The notes: generated from the letters alone by a model not told the origin. A stretch of DNA of 64,000 nucleotides from Thainema sp. (GCA_052168235.1 JBQLZK010000007.1:32001-96000); one strand, 5' to 3'. Numbered from the stretch's first letter, positions 30,671 to 41,592 are shown. Program-made: numbers and translations.

Positions 30671-31696
30671 ATGTCTCGCTCTAAATCACTCCGCTATTAC
30701 GTTCTGGTGCGGCTGATGCTTGCGCCGCTGATGCTGTGGTTGATTACGACCATTGTGTTTCTGCTGCTGCGAGCTACTCCTGGCGATCCAGTGGAAGCCG
30801 TTGTTGGTCCCCGTGCCCCCCAAGCAGTGAAAGATCAGATTCGGGAAACGCTTGGTCTGGGCGACCCGCTGTTTGTGCAGTACATTCGCTATCTGGGTAA
30901 CTTGTTGCGGTTTGATTTAGGCAGTTCGCTGACCAGTCAAGGCCAAACCGTCTGGCAGATCATTCAAGACCACTTTCCAGCCACGGTAGAACTGGCCGTT
31001 TGCGCCATGATTGTGTCAGTTGTAGTCGGCGTAGCGGTCGGTTCCTTCGCCGCCTCGCGACCCAATACCGCTGCCGATGTCGGCGGCAGACTGTTTGGCA
31101 TCATTACCTACTCGGTGCCCATGTACTGGTTCGGTATGATTCTGCAAATTATTTTTGCGGTCAAGCTGGGCTGGTTTCCCTTGGGCACCCGCTTTCCTCT
31201 AGCGGCCATGCCGCCCGCTGGGCCAACGGGACTTTATACCATCGACAGCCTGCTCAGCGGCAATCTGAATCAGTTTTTCACAACGCTCTATTATCTAACG
31301 CTACCGAGTCTGACCTTGGGCTTGCTGATCAGCGGTATTTTCGAGCGCATGGTGCGGGTCAATCTCAAGCAAACCCTACGGGCTGACTACGTGGAAGCGG
31401 CACGAGCACGGGGCGTTCCTGAGTTCCGCGTGGTGATGATTCATGCTCTACGCAACGCGCTGATTCCGGTGATCACTGTTCTGGGCCTCACCTTTGCCTC
31501 CCTACTCGGCGGCGCAGTCCTGACCGAAGTGACATTCTCCTGGCCGGGATTGGCGAATCGTCTCTATGAAGCGATCGCACTTCGCGATTATCCGGTCGTG
31601 CAGGGCATCATGGTATTTTTCGCCTCAATTGTGGCGCTAGCGAGTATCGCGATTGATATCTTGAATGCGTATGTTGATCCGAGGATTCGGTATTAA
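30671..31696 (+). CDS. Peptide ABC transporter permease (DppB/OppB family)
   Basis: PGDP, FDLGSS, FPATVELA, DYVEAARARG, TEVTFSWPGL. Confidence 0.92.
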   Translation: MSRSKSLRYYVLVRLMLAPLMLWLITTIVFLLLRATPGDPVEAVVGPRAPQAVKDQIRETLGLGDPLFVQYIRYLGNLLRFDLGSSLTSQGQTVWQIIQDHFPATVELAVCAMIVSVVVGVAVGSFAASRPNTAADVGGRLFGIITYSVPMYWFGMILQIIFAVKLGWFPLGTRFPLAAMPPAGPTGLYTIDSLLSGNLNQFFTTLYYLTLPSLTLGLLISGIFERMVRVNLKQTLRADYVEAARARGVPEFRVVMIHALRNALIPVITVLGLTFASLLGGAVLTEVTFSWPGLANRLYEAIALRDYPVVQGIMVFFASIVALASIAIDILNAYVDPRIRY

Positions 31697-31698
31697 TA

Positions 31699-32487
31699 AT
31701 GTCAATTTCTGCTCCTGCACTCTTAGCGCTTGATTTTGATGGTGTGATTTGTGATGGTCTGATTGAGTACTTTCAGACCGCGTGGCAAGCCTATTGCCAG
31801 ATTTGGTCGGTAAATGATGAACCGTCAGACGAATTGGCGCAGCGGTTTTATAAGTTGCGTCCGGTGATTGAAACGGGTTGGGAGATGCCAGTCTTGGTGC
31901 GATCGCTAATTTTGGGCGAGACGGATGAGCAGATTTTGCAAAACTGGCCAGAAATTTCTCAACAGCGGGTGGAGGCCGATCAGCTTGATCCGAAGCAGGT
32001 TTCAGCGGCTGTAGACGGCAATCGCGATCGCTGGATTGAGGCAGATTTAGACAACTGGTTAGCTCAGCATCGGTTCTACCCTGGCGTGATTGAACGGCTG
32101 GAGACCATGCTCAACGCTGACCTAGAGGTTTATATTGTCACGACCAAGGAAGAACGCTTTGCGCGGCAGCTCTTGGCACAGGCCGGAATTGAGCTGTCGC
32201 CAGATCAGGTGTTTGGCAAAGCGGTCAAGCAGCCCAAGTACAAGACGCTACTCGATTTAATGCACAAGCATGGGCTAACTCGTGCTGAGCAAGCATGGTT
32301 TGTAGAAGATCGGCTGAAAACGCTGCAACTGGTCAAACAGCAAGCCGATCTGGACGGTATTGGCCTATTCCTAGCCGACTGGGGCTACAACATAGAGCGC
32401 GATCGCAACTTAGCCCAACAAGACGACATCATTCACCTCATTTCCCTAGACCAGTTCAGCCAACCGTTCTCTGCCTGGTTAACCTAA
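31699..32487 (+). CDS. HAD family hydrolase
   Basis: LALDFDGVICD, VTTK, FVEDRLKTL, LADWGYN. Confidence 0.88.
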   Translation: MSISAPALLALDFDGVICDGLIEYFQTAWQAYCQIWSVNDEPSDELAQRFYKLRPVIETGWEMPVLVRSLILGETDEQILQNWPEISQQRVEADQLDPKQVSAAVDGNRDRWIEADLDNWLAQHRFYPGVIERLETMLNADLEVYIVTTKEERFARQLLAQAGIELSPDQVFGKAVKQPKYKTLLDLMHKHGLTRAEQAWFVEDRLKTLQLVKQQADLDGIGLFLADWGYNIERDRNLAQQDDIIHLISLDQFSQPFSAWLT

Positions 32488-32502
32488 CGGATCTGGCTCG
32501 GT

Positions 32503-32538
32503 TCCCCTCTCCCGGCGGGAGAGGGGCTAGGGGTGAGA
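32503..32538. repeat. CCCCTCTCCC-GGGAGAGGGG palindromic repeat
   Basis: cccctctccc-ggc-gggagagggg-ctaggggtgag between convergent genes. Confidence 0.75.
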
Positions 32539-32540
32539 GC

Positions 32541-33185
32541 TTACCCGTTATTCAATGCCGTCAACGATAGCGTTTCGCCGGAATACAGCCACCGTTCAAA
32601 ATTGACCTTGCAGCGGGGCCATTCTTTATCAGTCATGGCAAACCAGTCGGTATCTCGGTTTCGTCCACGCACCATCATGTGCTGCCGAAAGCGGCCTTCA
32701 TACAGAAAGCCCATGCGGGCGGCAGTGGTGCGGCTGGCATGATTGAGCGAGTCGCATTTCCACTCCACGCGCCGATACTGATGATGATCAAACAGATGGC
32801 AGAGCAGCAAAAACTGAGATTCCGTGTTGACCTTGCTCTTGTGTACTGCAGGCATAAACCAAACATGGCCAATTTCCGCCCGACCATGAGCAGCTGCGAT
32901 CGCAAGTAGCGCCACAATTCCCACGGGTGAATCAGTCGCCGCATCAAACACCGTCCACGTCAGCGGATCAGCCTTACCGACCATCATTTGCATCATCCAG
33001 TCCTGCATGGCACTGGAATTCTCAAATGGCCCGTAGAACAGATAGTTCCAAACTGCTTCTTTTTCCGGACTACCGTGTGACCCCACATACAGCGCCTCAA
33101 CGTCCCGCTCCGGCACCAGCGGCTTCAGCGTGACAAATTGCCCCTCAAGTTGAACATGATTTGGAGATTGCCAAGTTTTCTGCAT
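32541..33185 (-). CDS. RimJ/RimL-type GNAT acetyltransferase
   Basis: AEIGHVWF, YRRVEWKCDSLN, RMGFLYEG.FRQ, RNRDTDWF. Likely start ATG 33185. Confidence 0.9.
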   Translation of the reverse strand: MQKTWQSPNHVQLEGQFVTLKPLVPERDVEALYVGSHGSPEKEAVWNYLFYGPFENSSAMQDWMMQMMVGKADPLTWTVFDAATDSPVGIVALLAIAAAHGRAEIGHVWFMPAVHKSKVNTESQFLLLCHLFDHHQYRRVEWKCDSLNHASRTTAARMGFLYEGRFRQHMMVRGRNRDTDWFAMTDKEWPRCKVNFERWLYSGETLSLTALNNG

Positions 33186-33371
33186 CGAATTACTTCCGTT
33201 TTGAAATAGATTGGGGGATTGAGGCTGTAGAGGGCTGTCAAGGCTGTAGAGGGAGTGAGGAAGAAAGGGAGCAGAAGGCAAGGCGATTTTTTAGTACGAG
33301 TTTTGTTGCACTCAGCACTCAGTATTTGAGTAGCAACTTCATCAGTACGACTGTATTCTAAGATTAACGGT

Positions 33372-33410
33372 AATCGCGAATCCAAAATCCAAAATCTAAA
33401 ATCCCAAATC
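33372..33410. repeat. Heptamer tandem repeat (AATCCAA type, STRR)
   Basis: aatcgcg aatccaa aatccaa aatctaa aatccca aatc. Two copies in the opposite orientation at 19811-19824. Confidence 0.85.
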
Positions 33411-33447
33411 GCTTCACAATCGCCCCTCCGCAACATGCAACGCTCCT

Positions 33448-34698
33448 ATGCTTGACCTCACTAAACTGGCGCAGCAAATGCAGGGCATCAGCCAGCACCT
33501 CACCCAAGAAGCCGAAGCCTCCAAGCGGCGTTTGGACATTGCCGAAGCCCTGATGCAGGAAGCACTCCAGCAGCAAGAGGTACTGGTGCAGCAGCGACAG
33601 CAGTGGCGCGATCGCATGGGCTTCACAGCAGCGGAACCAATTGAACCTCTGGATACGCGCATCAATGTCCCCGTAGTACCGACAGCGCATACCGTAGTCG
33701 CCACAGACGGTTCCCAAATTGCGCCCAACCATCACGAAATTGCCTACTGCTACTTGTTAAATGTGGGGCGTGTCGTGCTGCACTACGGTCAAGGTCGCCA
33801 GCCCATGCTGGATAGCCTGCCAGAAGTTTTCTACCGCCCCGAAGATCTCTACGTTTCCCGCCAGTGGGGCATCCGCACCGAAGAATGGATGGGCTACTGC
33901 CGCACCGTCTCCGAATCCGTCGCCCTCGCCGAACTAGTTGAATGGAGCTTAAGTGCGACCACACCTCATACGCCTCACGCCTCACCCCTCACCCCTCACT
34001 CCTCTTCCCACCAAATCCCCCTCTTCCCCACTCCCCCAACCCTAGCAATGGTAGATGGTTCACTGATCTACTGGTTTTTAGAATCCCTACCCCAGGATGC
34101 CTGCGATCGCATTTTGCCGCCGATTTTAGCGGCGTGGTCAAAATTACAGGCATTACGAGTGCCGCTGGTGGGGTATCTCAGCGCCTCGCGCAGTGGCGAA
34201 ATGCTCAACTTTTTGCGGCTGAAGCGCTGTCCTTATGCCAATCCGGACTGCATGACCCACTGTCCCGGTCAAACTGATCAGGCACCCTGCCAGGTGTTTG
34301 ACCCGCTGCGGGATGTGGCGCTGTGGGCGCGGTTGCTGTCACCGGGACAACGCAGTCCGCTCTGGAAAAGCTCGGCGCGCATTCTAGAGCAGTATGGGGC
34401 ACATGCCATTTACTTTTGCTATGTGCATGTTGGCCCGGAGGTGGCGCGGATTGAGATGCCGGAGTGGGTAGCGCTGGATGCAGAACTGCTGGATACGGCG
34501 CTGAGCCTGAGCTTAGCACAGGTGCATAAGGGATTTGGCTATCCGGTGGCGCTGGCGGAGGCGCATAATCAGGCGGTGGTGCGCGGTGGCGATCGCACTC
34601 GCTTTTTTGCCTTATTGGAACGAGAAATGCTGCGGGCCGGACTACAAAATATTGGCACGTCCTATAAAGAAGCCCGCAAGCGGGGCAGCATTGCCTAG
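33448..34698 (+). CDS. nurA: NurA domain nuclease
   Basis: ATDGSQI, MVDGSLIYW, ARIEMPEW, GYPVALAEAHNQAVV. Confidence 0.88.
   Translation: MLDLTKLAQQMQGISQHLTQEAEASKRRLDIAEALMQEALQQQEVLVQQRQQWRDRMGFTAAEPIEPLDTRINVPVVPTAHTVVATDGSQIAPNHHEIAYCYLLNVGRVVLHYGQGRQPMLDSLPEVFYRPEDLYVSRQWGIRTEEWMGYCRTVSESVALAELVEWSLSATTPHTPHASPLTPHSSSHQIPLFPTPPTLAMVDGSLIYWFLESLPQDACDRILPPILAAWSKLQALRVPLVGYLSASRSGEMLNFLRLKRCPYANPDCMTHCPGQTDQAPCQVFDPLRDVALWARLLSPGQRSPLWKSSARILEQYGAHAIYFCYVHVGPEVARIEMPEWVALDAELLDTALSLSLAQVHKGFGYPVALAEAHNQAVVRGGDRTRFFALLEREMLRAGLQNIGTSYKEARKRGSIA
33962..34005. repeat. Heptamer tandem repeat (CSCCTCA) inside nurA
   Basis: cacctca ta cgcctca cgcctca cccctca cccctca ctcctct. Confidence 0.8.
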
Positions 34699-34716
34699 AA
34701 GCTCAACTGGGTTTTG

Positions 34717-35544
34717 CTACAGGATTTTTTCGAGTCCATAGACCAGCGATCGCAACCCAACCACTTTGCGAACGCAGAGCAGGACGCCGGGCATAAAGCT
34801 ACTGCGATCGCTGGTGTCGTGGCGCAGGGTATATAGCTGGCCCGGTGCGCCAAACATCATCTCTTGGTGAGCAATCAGACCAGGGAGACGGACGCTGTGA
34901 ATACGGATATTTTCGGGAGCGAGAGCACCCCGCGCGCCAGGAATATCCTCAGATTCTTCAACTTCAGCCGGATTAAAAGTTTTACCCAGTTCGGCCAGCA
35001 TTTGAGCCGTTTTAATGGCTGTTCCACTCGGAGCATCAGCCTTTTGATTATGGTGCAGTTCAATGATTTCAACATGGTCAAAATACTGCGAGGCTTGAAT
35101 CGCGGCCTGTTGCAGCAGTACCATGCCGATAGAAAAATTGGGAATAATCAAACAGCCCACGCTGGCTTTATCGGCAAAATCAGCCAGTTCACCAATTCGC
35201 TCCTCAGTTAAGCCCGTGGTGCCAACTACCGGACGAACACCATATGCGATCGCAGCACGAGTTGTCTCATAAACCGTACTAGGGTGCGTAAAGTCCACCA
35301 TGACAGCATTCTTGCTGGTTTGACTAGCATAGGCCAGCATCCCTTCTAAATCATGGGTAACAGGAATTTCAACTGCTCCAATTCCCGTGATTTCGCCAAT
35401 GTCTTGCCCTTGTAGACTAGGATGCTTATCAATTGCTCCAATCAAGGTCATGTCGTCCGCCTGCGAAACGGCTTTGACGACCTCGCGCCCCATCTTGCCT
35501 GCGGCACCGTTGACGACAACAACGATCTCTTCCTGGTTTGCCAT
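34717..35544 (-). CDS. dapB: 4-hydroxy-tetrahydrodipicolinate reductase
   Basis: [37 protein letters not shown]. Confidence 0.97.
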   Translation of the reverse strand: MANQEEIVVVVNGAAGKMGREVVKAVSQADDMTLIGAIDKHPSLQGQDIGEITGIGAVEIPVTHDLEGMLAYASQTSKNAVMVDFTHPSTVYETTRAAIAYGVRPVVGTTGLTEERIGELADFADKASVGCLIIPNFSIGMVLLQQAAIQASQYFDHVEIIELHHNQKADAPSGTAIKTAQMLAELGKTFNPAEVEESEDIPGARGALAPENIRIHSVRLPGLIAHQEMMFGAPGQLYTLRHDTSDRSSFMPGVLLCVRKVVGLRSLVYGLEKIL

Positions 35545-35709
35545 TTGACCTAAACTCGCTCTCTAGAATCCTTTGAAGCTTGTTTATCTTACTGGATTTC
35601 CTAAGGGAGCGGTAGCGCCATTGTGAACAGCACCACATTTTTGGTGAAATCAACTATAATAGAAGTCAAGCCAATTCGTTCTATAGACGCTTACACCCTT
35701 TATTTGCCT

Positions 35710-36681
35710 GTGTTTACCACTCTTTCTCCCCACAATTCTGTTGAATCCACTGCTTTACCACGCGATCTATTTGGTGCAATTCAAGATTTAAAGCAGGAGA
35801 TGAATGCGGTTATCCTGGCCCACTATTACCAAGAATCGGATATTCAAGATGTCGCTGACTACTTGGGTGATTCACTAGGGCTTTCCCAGCAGGCAGCCGA
35901 AACCGATGCGGATGTGATTGTCTTCGCTGGGGTTCACTTCATGGCGGAAACGGCCAAGATTCTCAATCCCGATAAGCTAGTGCTGCTGCCCGATTTAGCG
36001 GCAGGCTGCTCGCTGGCCGATAGCTGTCCAGCGGATCAGTTTGCGGCATTCAAGGCGGCTCATCCCGACCATATTGTGGTGTCTTACATCAACTGTACGG
36101 CTGAGATTAAAGCGCTCAGCGACATCATCTGCACCAGCTCCAACGCAGTTAAGATCATTAACCAGATTCCAGTCGATCAGCCGATTATTTTTGCCCCCGA
36201 TCGCAACTTGGGTCGCTACGTAATGGCGGAAACGGGTCGAGATATGGTGCTGTGGGACGGGAGCTGCATGGTGCATGAAACCTTCTCAGAGAAGAAGATT
36301 GTGCAGCTCAAAATGGAGCATCCAGAGGCCGAGGTGCTGGCTCATCCGGAATGCGAGGAGCCTGTCTTGCGCCATGCGGACTATGTGGGATCTACAACTG
36401 CGCTGCTGAAGTACTCGCAGCAGAGCGCAAGCCCATCGTTCATTGTGGCGACGGAAGCGGGCATTTTGCATCAAATGGAGCGGCAGGCCGCAGGTAAGCA
36501 GTTTATCCCGGCACCGCCAATGGGCAACTGTGCTTGTAACGAATGTCCCCACATGCGGCTGAACACAATGGAAAAACTGTACCTGGCAATGAAAAACCGC
36601 AGCCCAGAGATTACGATGCCGGAAGATGTTCGAGTGGCGGCACTGAAGCCAATTCAGCGAATGCTAGAAATGAGCAAGTAA
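35710..36681 (+). CDS. nadA: Quinolinate synthase
   Basis: ILAHYYQ, GDSL, GVHFMAE, AGCSLA, CTSSNA, AHPEC, CPHM. Likely GTG start at 35710. Confidence 0.96.
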   Translation: MFTTLSPHNSVESTALPRDLFGAIQDLKQEMNAVILAHYYQESDIQDVADYLGDSLGLSQQAAETDADVIVFAGVHFMAETAKILNPDKLVLLPDLAAGCSLADSCPADQFAAFKAAHPDHIVVSYINCTAEIKALSDIICTSSNAVKIINQIPVDQPIIFAPDRNLGRYVMAETGRDMVLWDGSCMVHETFSEKKIVQLKMEHPEAEVLAHPECEEPVLRHADYVGSTTALLKYSQQSASPSFIVATEAGILHQMERQAAGKQFIPAPPMGNCACNECPHMRLNTMEKLYLAMKNRSPEITMPEDVRVAALKPIQRMLEMSK

Positions 36682-36702
36682 TAATTTCAGGCGTTAAAAA
36701 CA

Positions 36703-36740
36703 ACTAAAGAAGGCGTGCCACGTGGCACGCCTTCTTTAGT
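36703..36740. repeat. Perfect 38-bp palindrome between convergent nadA and recA
   Basis: actaaagaaggcgtgccac|gtggcacgccttctttagt. Confidence 0.9.
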
Positions 36741-36754
36741 ACCAAGACAATAAA

Positions 36755-37834
36755 TTATTCCTCTTCGCTATATCCGTCGCCGTTATCATCAGCAGAGCTA
36801 CTTCTACCAGATGCGATCGCAGATGCTCCGGCAATTTCTAGCTTTTCGCGTACCTGTCGCTCAATATCGGTGGCAAATTCAGGATTCTCTTCCATGTACC
36901 GAATCGAGTTATCGCGGCCTTGAGCGATGTTGTCACCGTTGTAGCTGTACCAAGCACCTTTGCGAGCAATGACGCCATGCTCTTCCGCTAGGTCAAGAAT
37001 ACAGCCCAGGGTCGAAATGCCCTGACCAAAAATGACATCAAACTCAGCGATTCGGAACGGGGGAGCGACTTTGTTTTTCGCCACTTTCACCTTGGCCCGA
37101 ATGCCGAACTCCTCAGAGCCTTTCTTGAGCGTTTGAATTCGACGAATGTCGAGGCGCACGGAGGAGTAGAACTTCAGCGCATTACCGCCCGTAGTCACTT
37201 CAGGGTTGCCGTAGGAGATGCCGATTTTCTGGCGTAGCTGGTTGAGGAAAACCACAGTACAACCAGATTTACCAATGTTACCCGTGATTTTCCGCAGGGC
37301 TTGGCTCATGAGACGAGCCTGCAAACCGACGTGGACATCGCCCATTTCCCCTTCAATTTCAGCCCGAGGAACTAGCGCTGCGACCGAGTCAATCACCACG
37401 ATATCAATGGCGGCAGAACGTACCAGTTGATCGACAATTTCGAGCGCCGCTTCACCCGTATCCGGCTGGGAAACTAGCAGTTCCTCAATTTGGACACCCA
37501 GAGCTTGGGAATAGATCGGATCGAGAGCGTGTTCAGCGTCAACAAAAGCAGCAACGCCACCTTGCTTTTGCACTTCTGCGATCGCATGGAGCGCCAGAGT
37601 GGTTTTACCGGAACTTTCCGGGCCATAGATTTCAATGACTCGACCCTTGGGCAATCCACCGCCGAGAGCCAAGTCCAGTGTGAGTGCTCCAGTGGGGATC
37701 GTTTCGACCTTCATCCGGGTCGCATCCCCTAACCGCATGATGGTGCCTTTACCAAAGCTGCGCTCAATTTGGTTGAGCACCATGTTTAATGCTTTATCTT
37801 TTTCAGTATTGCCTGTGGTGGTGGATTTAGGCAT
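36755..37834 (-). CDS. recA: Recombinase RecA
   Basis: [48 protein letters not shown]. Confidence 0.99.
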   Translation of the reverse strand: MPKSTTTGNTEKDKALNMVLNQIERSFGKGTIMRLGDATRMKVETIPTGALTLDLALGGGLPKGRVIEIYGPESSGKTTLALHAIAEVQKQGGVAAFVDAEHALDPIYSQALGVQIEELLVSQPDTGEAALEIVDQLVRSAAIDIVVIDSVAALVPRAEIEGEMGDVHVGLQARLMSQALRKITGNIGKSGCTVVFLNQLRQKIGISYGNPEVTTGGNALKFYSSVRLDIRRIQTLKKGSEEFGIRAKVKVAKNKVAPPFRIAEFDVIFGQGISTLGCILDLAEEHGVIARKGAWYSYNGDNIAQGRDNSIRYMEENPEFATDIERQVREKLEIAGASAIASGRSSSADDNGDGYSEEE

Positions 37835-38046
37835 GAGTGCTCCAAAGCTGGAAATTTTACAAGATCACGTGCAAGAAACGAATCGCCAAGCCGTGCCAAT
37901 CTGCCGTCAGGTTGCCGGGATCTGCCACAGCTTGACATAAGCATAGCGACAGATTCGACATTGGCCTAAAGATCCTAACAATAGATTTCAAGTTTGATCG
38001 TTTACATCATTTACACTGACGGTCAGGCTTAAACGAGATGAATTTC

Positions 38047-38069
38047 TATACAAACGTACTATAATTCTA
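38047..38069 (-). promoter_or_regulatory. Putative recA -10 box with adjacent LexA-like site
   Basis: Minus strand reads TAGAAT-tat-AGTACGTTTGTATA, close to the cyanobacterial RGTAC-N3-DGTWCB box with two mismatches. Confidence 0.55.
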
Positions 38070-38198
38070 CTCAAAAATCGACTAAATTGGTTTTGCTGTA
38101 CTAGTCTTTCCTAACATTCATCTGACGGGGTTGAGATCTAGTATCATGCAACTTCACAGCTAGCCCCAAATCTAGAGCCAAAGTTTAGAACCTGCCCC

Positions 38199-39458
38199 AT
38201 GACTTCAACATTTCGCCATCTGGCCGTTTTAGACCGCGCCGTCAGCGTGGGAGGACTCACCGAGTATATTCGTGAGCTACTGGAAGAGGATCACCAACTG
38301 CATCAGGTTTGGGTGACGGGCGAAGTCTCCAGCGCCAAACCGCACCGCAGCGGGTTGTTTTTCACGCTGCAAGATCCCGATACGGGAGCATCAATTGATG
38401 CGGTGATTTGGCAAAGTCAGCTCAATCAGGTGGCCGTTCTGCCCAAAGCGGGTGAAGAAGTAATTGTGCTGGGCAGTCTGCGGCTCTATGCCAAGCGGGG
38501 TCAGTACAGCCTACATGTGTGGCAGTCGCTGCCAGCGGGTGAGGGACTGCAAGCGCTGCGGCTGCGCCAGCTCCGGTTGCGCTTGGCAGCAGAAGGGTTG
38601 TTTGATGATGAATTAAAGAAGCCATTGCCGTCATATCCGACAACAGTTGCAGTTGTCACCTCGCCCCATGCTGCCGCTTGGGGTGACATTCAGCGGACGC
38701 TGCGGCAGCGCCATCCGGGACTGCGGGTGCTGTTAGCGCCAGCGACGGTACAGGGGGATCAAGCCCCGCGCTCGATTACAACTGCGATCGCACGTGTAAC
38801 CGCCCATAGCCAAGCCGAGCTATTAATCCTGGCACGGGGCGGTGGTGCAACTGAGAATTTAGCCTGCTTCAACGATGAGCGTGTGATTAGAGCGGTGGCG
38901 GAATGCTCAATTCCCGTGATTACCGGGATCGGGCACCAGCGGGATGAAACGCTGACGGACTTGGTGGCCGATGTCTGTGCTCATACGCCGACCGCCGCTG
39001 CTGAGTATGCCGTGCCCTGTCTGGCCGATCTCTATGCTGAGCATCGCTACCGGAATGCTGCATTAGTCGCTGCCGTACAGGATGCATTGCAGTTTGAATG
39101 GGATCGGCTAGCTCAACTTAAGCGAACGCTGCGACACCTCAATCCTGATCGCCAACTGCGTCAAGAACAACGTGCGATCGCATGGCAATATGAGCGACTG
39201 GTACAGGTGACTCAAAATCGACTGGTGCGATCGCAGCAGAAATGTCAGCTTCTGCGCCAAAAGTTAAACGATATTGATCCCAATACGGTTCTACGACGCG
39301 GCTACGCACTGGTGCGCGATCAAAAAAAGGTTGTCCGCTCAACGACAGGATTATATCCAGGTCAGCAATTAACTGTGCAACTGGCTCAAGGGGAAATTGG
39401 CGTTACAGTTGACACAATTTCAGCAGATGTCTCCACCGATCCCAGCGCATCGCTCTAA
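38199..39458 (+). CDS. xseA: Exodeoxyribonuclease VII large subunit
   Basis: VWVTGEVS, AEGLFD, VVTSP, VQG, ARGGG, GIGHQRD, TPTAAAE, LRRGYA. Confidence 0.96.
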   Translation: MTSTFRHLAVLDRAVSVGGLTEYIRELLEEDHQLHQVWVTGEVSSAKPHRSGLFFTLQDPDTGASIDAVIWQSQLNQVAVLPKAGEEVIVLGSLRLYAKRGQYSLHVWQSLPAGEGLQALRLRQLRLRLAAEGLFDDELKKPLPSYPTTVAVVTSPHAAAWGDIQRTLRQRHPGLRVLLAPATVQGDQAPRSITTAIARVTAHSQAELLILARGGGATENLACFNDERVIRAVAECSIPVITGIGHQRDETLTDLVADVCAHTPTAAAEYAVPCLADLYAEHRYRNAALVAAVQDALQFEWDRLAQLKRTLRHLNPDRQLRQEQRAIAWQYERLVQVTQNRLVRSQQKCQLLRQKLNDIDPNTVLRRGYALVRDQKKVVRSTTGLYPGQQLTVQLAQGEIGVTVDTISADVSTDPSASL

Positions 39459-39585
39459 GCCCTGTCAGGTTGCTCGCTCCTTCTTGACTTATAACTAAGC
39501 CCCTAAATTGTGGCTACGAAAATAGCTCCCTAGCTCCCTAGCTCCTCTGCCCACCAGAAAAAATAGTTTTAGGAGATTTAAACCG

Positions 39586-39873
39586 ATGGCTAAACGTGCT
39601 CGCTCCACCCAATCCACCCCGACAGCTAACGTGGCTCAACTGGATGACAACTGGCGCTACGAGGCTGCCGTTGATCAAGTTGAGTCCATCGTGAGCCAAA
39701 TTGAGTCCGGTGAACTAGAACTGGCCGAAGTCTTTGAGCAGTTTGGGATTGCAGTCGAGCAGTTACAGCGGTGTGAAACGTACCTATCGCAACACCAGCA
39801 GCAGCTTGATCTTGTGGTCGAAACGCTGTCGGATACCGTCGATGATCGGGCAGAAGCGATAGACGATTTCTAA
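39586..39873 (+). CDS. xseB: Exodeoxyribonuclease VII small subunit
   Basis: YEAAVDQVESIVSQIESGELEL...CETYL; follows xseA. Confidence 0.9.
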   Translation: MAKRARSTQSTPTANVAQLDDNWRYEAAVDQVESIVSQIESGELELAEVFEQFGIAVEQLQRCETYLSQHQQQLDLVVETLSDTVDDRAEAIDDF

Positions 39874-40168
39874 CTGACTTTCTCTAGTGGCTTTTTGCCA
39901 ATCAACTGCCACCCAGCCATCGGGATCAGAGTGGTCAGCGCGATCTCTACCTTGCCAAAGATGCCCAAACCAGGTTTGTGTGGTATGGCTTACATTGCAA
40001 GGAAAGAGCGCCAGTACATTTTGTTCAGCAGCAACATAATTAGTGCCGAAAAAGCGGGGGAATCTACCCGTTTCACAGCGTTGGTAGTCGGATTTACAGC
40101 TACAGGGATCAGGCGGTGTTAACGTTCAGATGTAACGCTAATACCTGTGTAGCAATCCTTTAATAATC

Positions 40169-40594
40169 ATGGCTCAGATTATAGATCCAATTCCGTCAAA
40201 TAACTCGGATAAAATACTGTGCTGCTACGTTAATGCCACGAGCAAGATCCAGATTGCTCGGATTACAAACATCCCAAATTGGTACTTTGAGCGGGTGGTT
40301 TTTCCGGGACAGCGGTTGATGTTTGAAGCTCTGCCGGAAGCACTCCTGGAAATTCATACGGGCATGATGGCAAGTGCAATTCTGTCTGATACGCTCCCGT
40401 GTCATCGCTTAGCACTGGAAGACGAGCCGCAGCCCTTAGTAGAGGATACTGACTTAGAGGGCATCCACTCTGCGTCAAGTGTATCTGCTGCGACTGAGCC
40501 TCAAGCAATGGCTTCGGCTTCAGTCGCAGCGTTATCGGTTGGGGCATCGGTTGGTACGGTGTCCACGGGTATTGAAATTGGGCGCATTGCCTAG
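40169..40594 (+). CDS. DUF1830 domain protein
   Basis: CCYVNATSKIQIARITNIPNWYFERVVFPGQRLMFEA. Confidence 0.85.
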   Translation: MAQIIDPIPSNNSDKILCCYVNATSKIQIARITNIPNWYFERVVFPGQRLMFEALPEALLEIHTGMMASAILSDTLPCHRLALEDEPQPLVEDTDLEGIHSASSVSAATEPQAMASASVAALSVGASVGTVSTGIEIGRIA

Positions 40595-40795
40595 CTGAAG
40601 ACAGTTGGCGAAAGTCGATTTGCGATCGCGTTGCCGTTCCCTACGTTAGTATCCAAATCGGCTAATCTCACGCTGAACGATTCAACCCAAGTTAGCCTGT
40701 CATCACAGTATCCAAGCTCCTTCACACACTAGTTTGGTACGTTTGCACAGGTATTTCCAGAAAGGATTCGGTGTTCAATGTGTACCCGTTGCATC

Positions 40796-40824
40796 GGCTG
40801 CATCTTCGTAGATGCAGCCTTTTT
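40796..40824 (+). terminator. Intrinsic terminator
   Basis: ggctgcatct-tcgt-agatgcagcc followed by a T-tract. Confidence 0.7.
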
Positions 40825-40916
40825 ACTGGCTGATGAAGAATCCAGCTTTACGTTCAGATTCAGGTCGTTTTTGTAGTGCGCTCCACACGGCTTCTACAAA
40901 AAACACCGGCCTGGTT

Positions 40917-41021
40917 CTAAGGAACGCGGATCTACCAAGTTGAAATCTTTGGGGTAGGGACACGGCAATGCCGTATCCCATGAATGAAACGGTTTACAGG
41001 CAATTTGATCCGCAATTCTAA
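40917..41021. repeat. GTAG-type REP within a miniature element
   Basis: GTAGGGACACGGC-AAT-GCCGTATCCC (40954-40979) inside IR gcggatc/gatccgc. A degenerate core recurs at 62466-62479. Confidence 0.65.
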
Positions 41022-41121
41022 GCGTCTAGCGCTATGACAAGTCGATTTGGGAGGATGTGCTGGAGGGCAAGACGGTTTTAAAGTAAAGTACTTAAGCAGC
41101 AGTAGCGTTTACGAATTTCTT

Positions 41122-41559
41122 TTGGATTTACCGTCTTTCTTATGGCTTTGGAAAATAGCAGCGTGGTCGATGGGATTGTCCATTACGGCCTACTGTATCT
41201 TGGCCGCTAGCGGCGGCTGGATTCTCTACGCTCGGAAAAACAAGCAGTCGCGTCCCAACTGGCTGCGGCCTTTTCACTACACCATCGGCGGCATTTTAGT
41301 AGCTCTGGTGCTGTTGTTGCTCTCAGTTGGCATCATCGGCACACTGGGTTACTACGGCAACTTAGGGCATTCGGTACATTTGCCCGCAGGACTGACCGTT
41401 GTTGCGTTGGTGCTGGCATCCGCTTGGAGCGCCACCCGCATTAGCCCCAAACGACCCTGGGCACGACAGCTACACCTTGGCATCAATGGCGTTTTGCTGC
41501 TGGGTTTTATCGCCGTATTGCTCAGCGGCTGGTCGGTGGTGCAAAAATATTTGCCTTAG
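41122..41559 (+). CDS. DUF4079-like membrane protein
   Basis: LPSFLWLWKIAAWSMG, four TM segments with conserved His (RPFHY, GHSVH, QLH). Likely TTG start at 41122. Confidence 0.75.
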   Translation: MDLPSFLWLWKIAAWSMGLSITAYCILAASGGWILYARKNKQSRPNWLRPFHYTIGGILVALVLLLLSVGIIGTLGYYGNLGHSVHLPAGLTVVALVLASAWSATRISPKRPWARQLHLGINGVLLLGFIAVLLSGWSVVQKYLP

Positions 41560-41592
41560 AAAATTTGCTTTAGGATAAAGAGAATTGTTGTT

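Noticed and set aside
33186..33436. N-terminal extension of the GNAT ORF and overlapping short ORFs
   Set aside because: These are translations of intergenic tandem repeats (e.g. WDFRFWILD).
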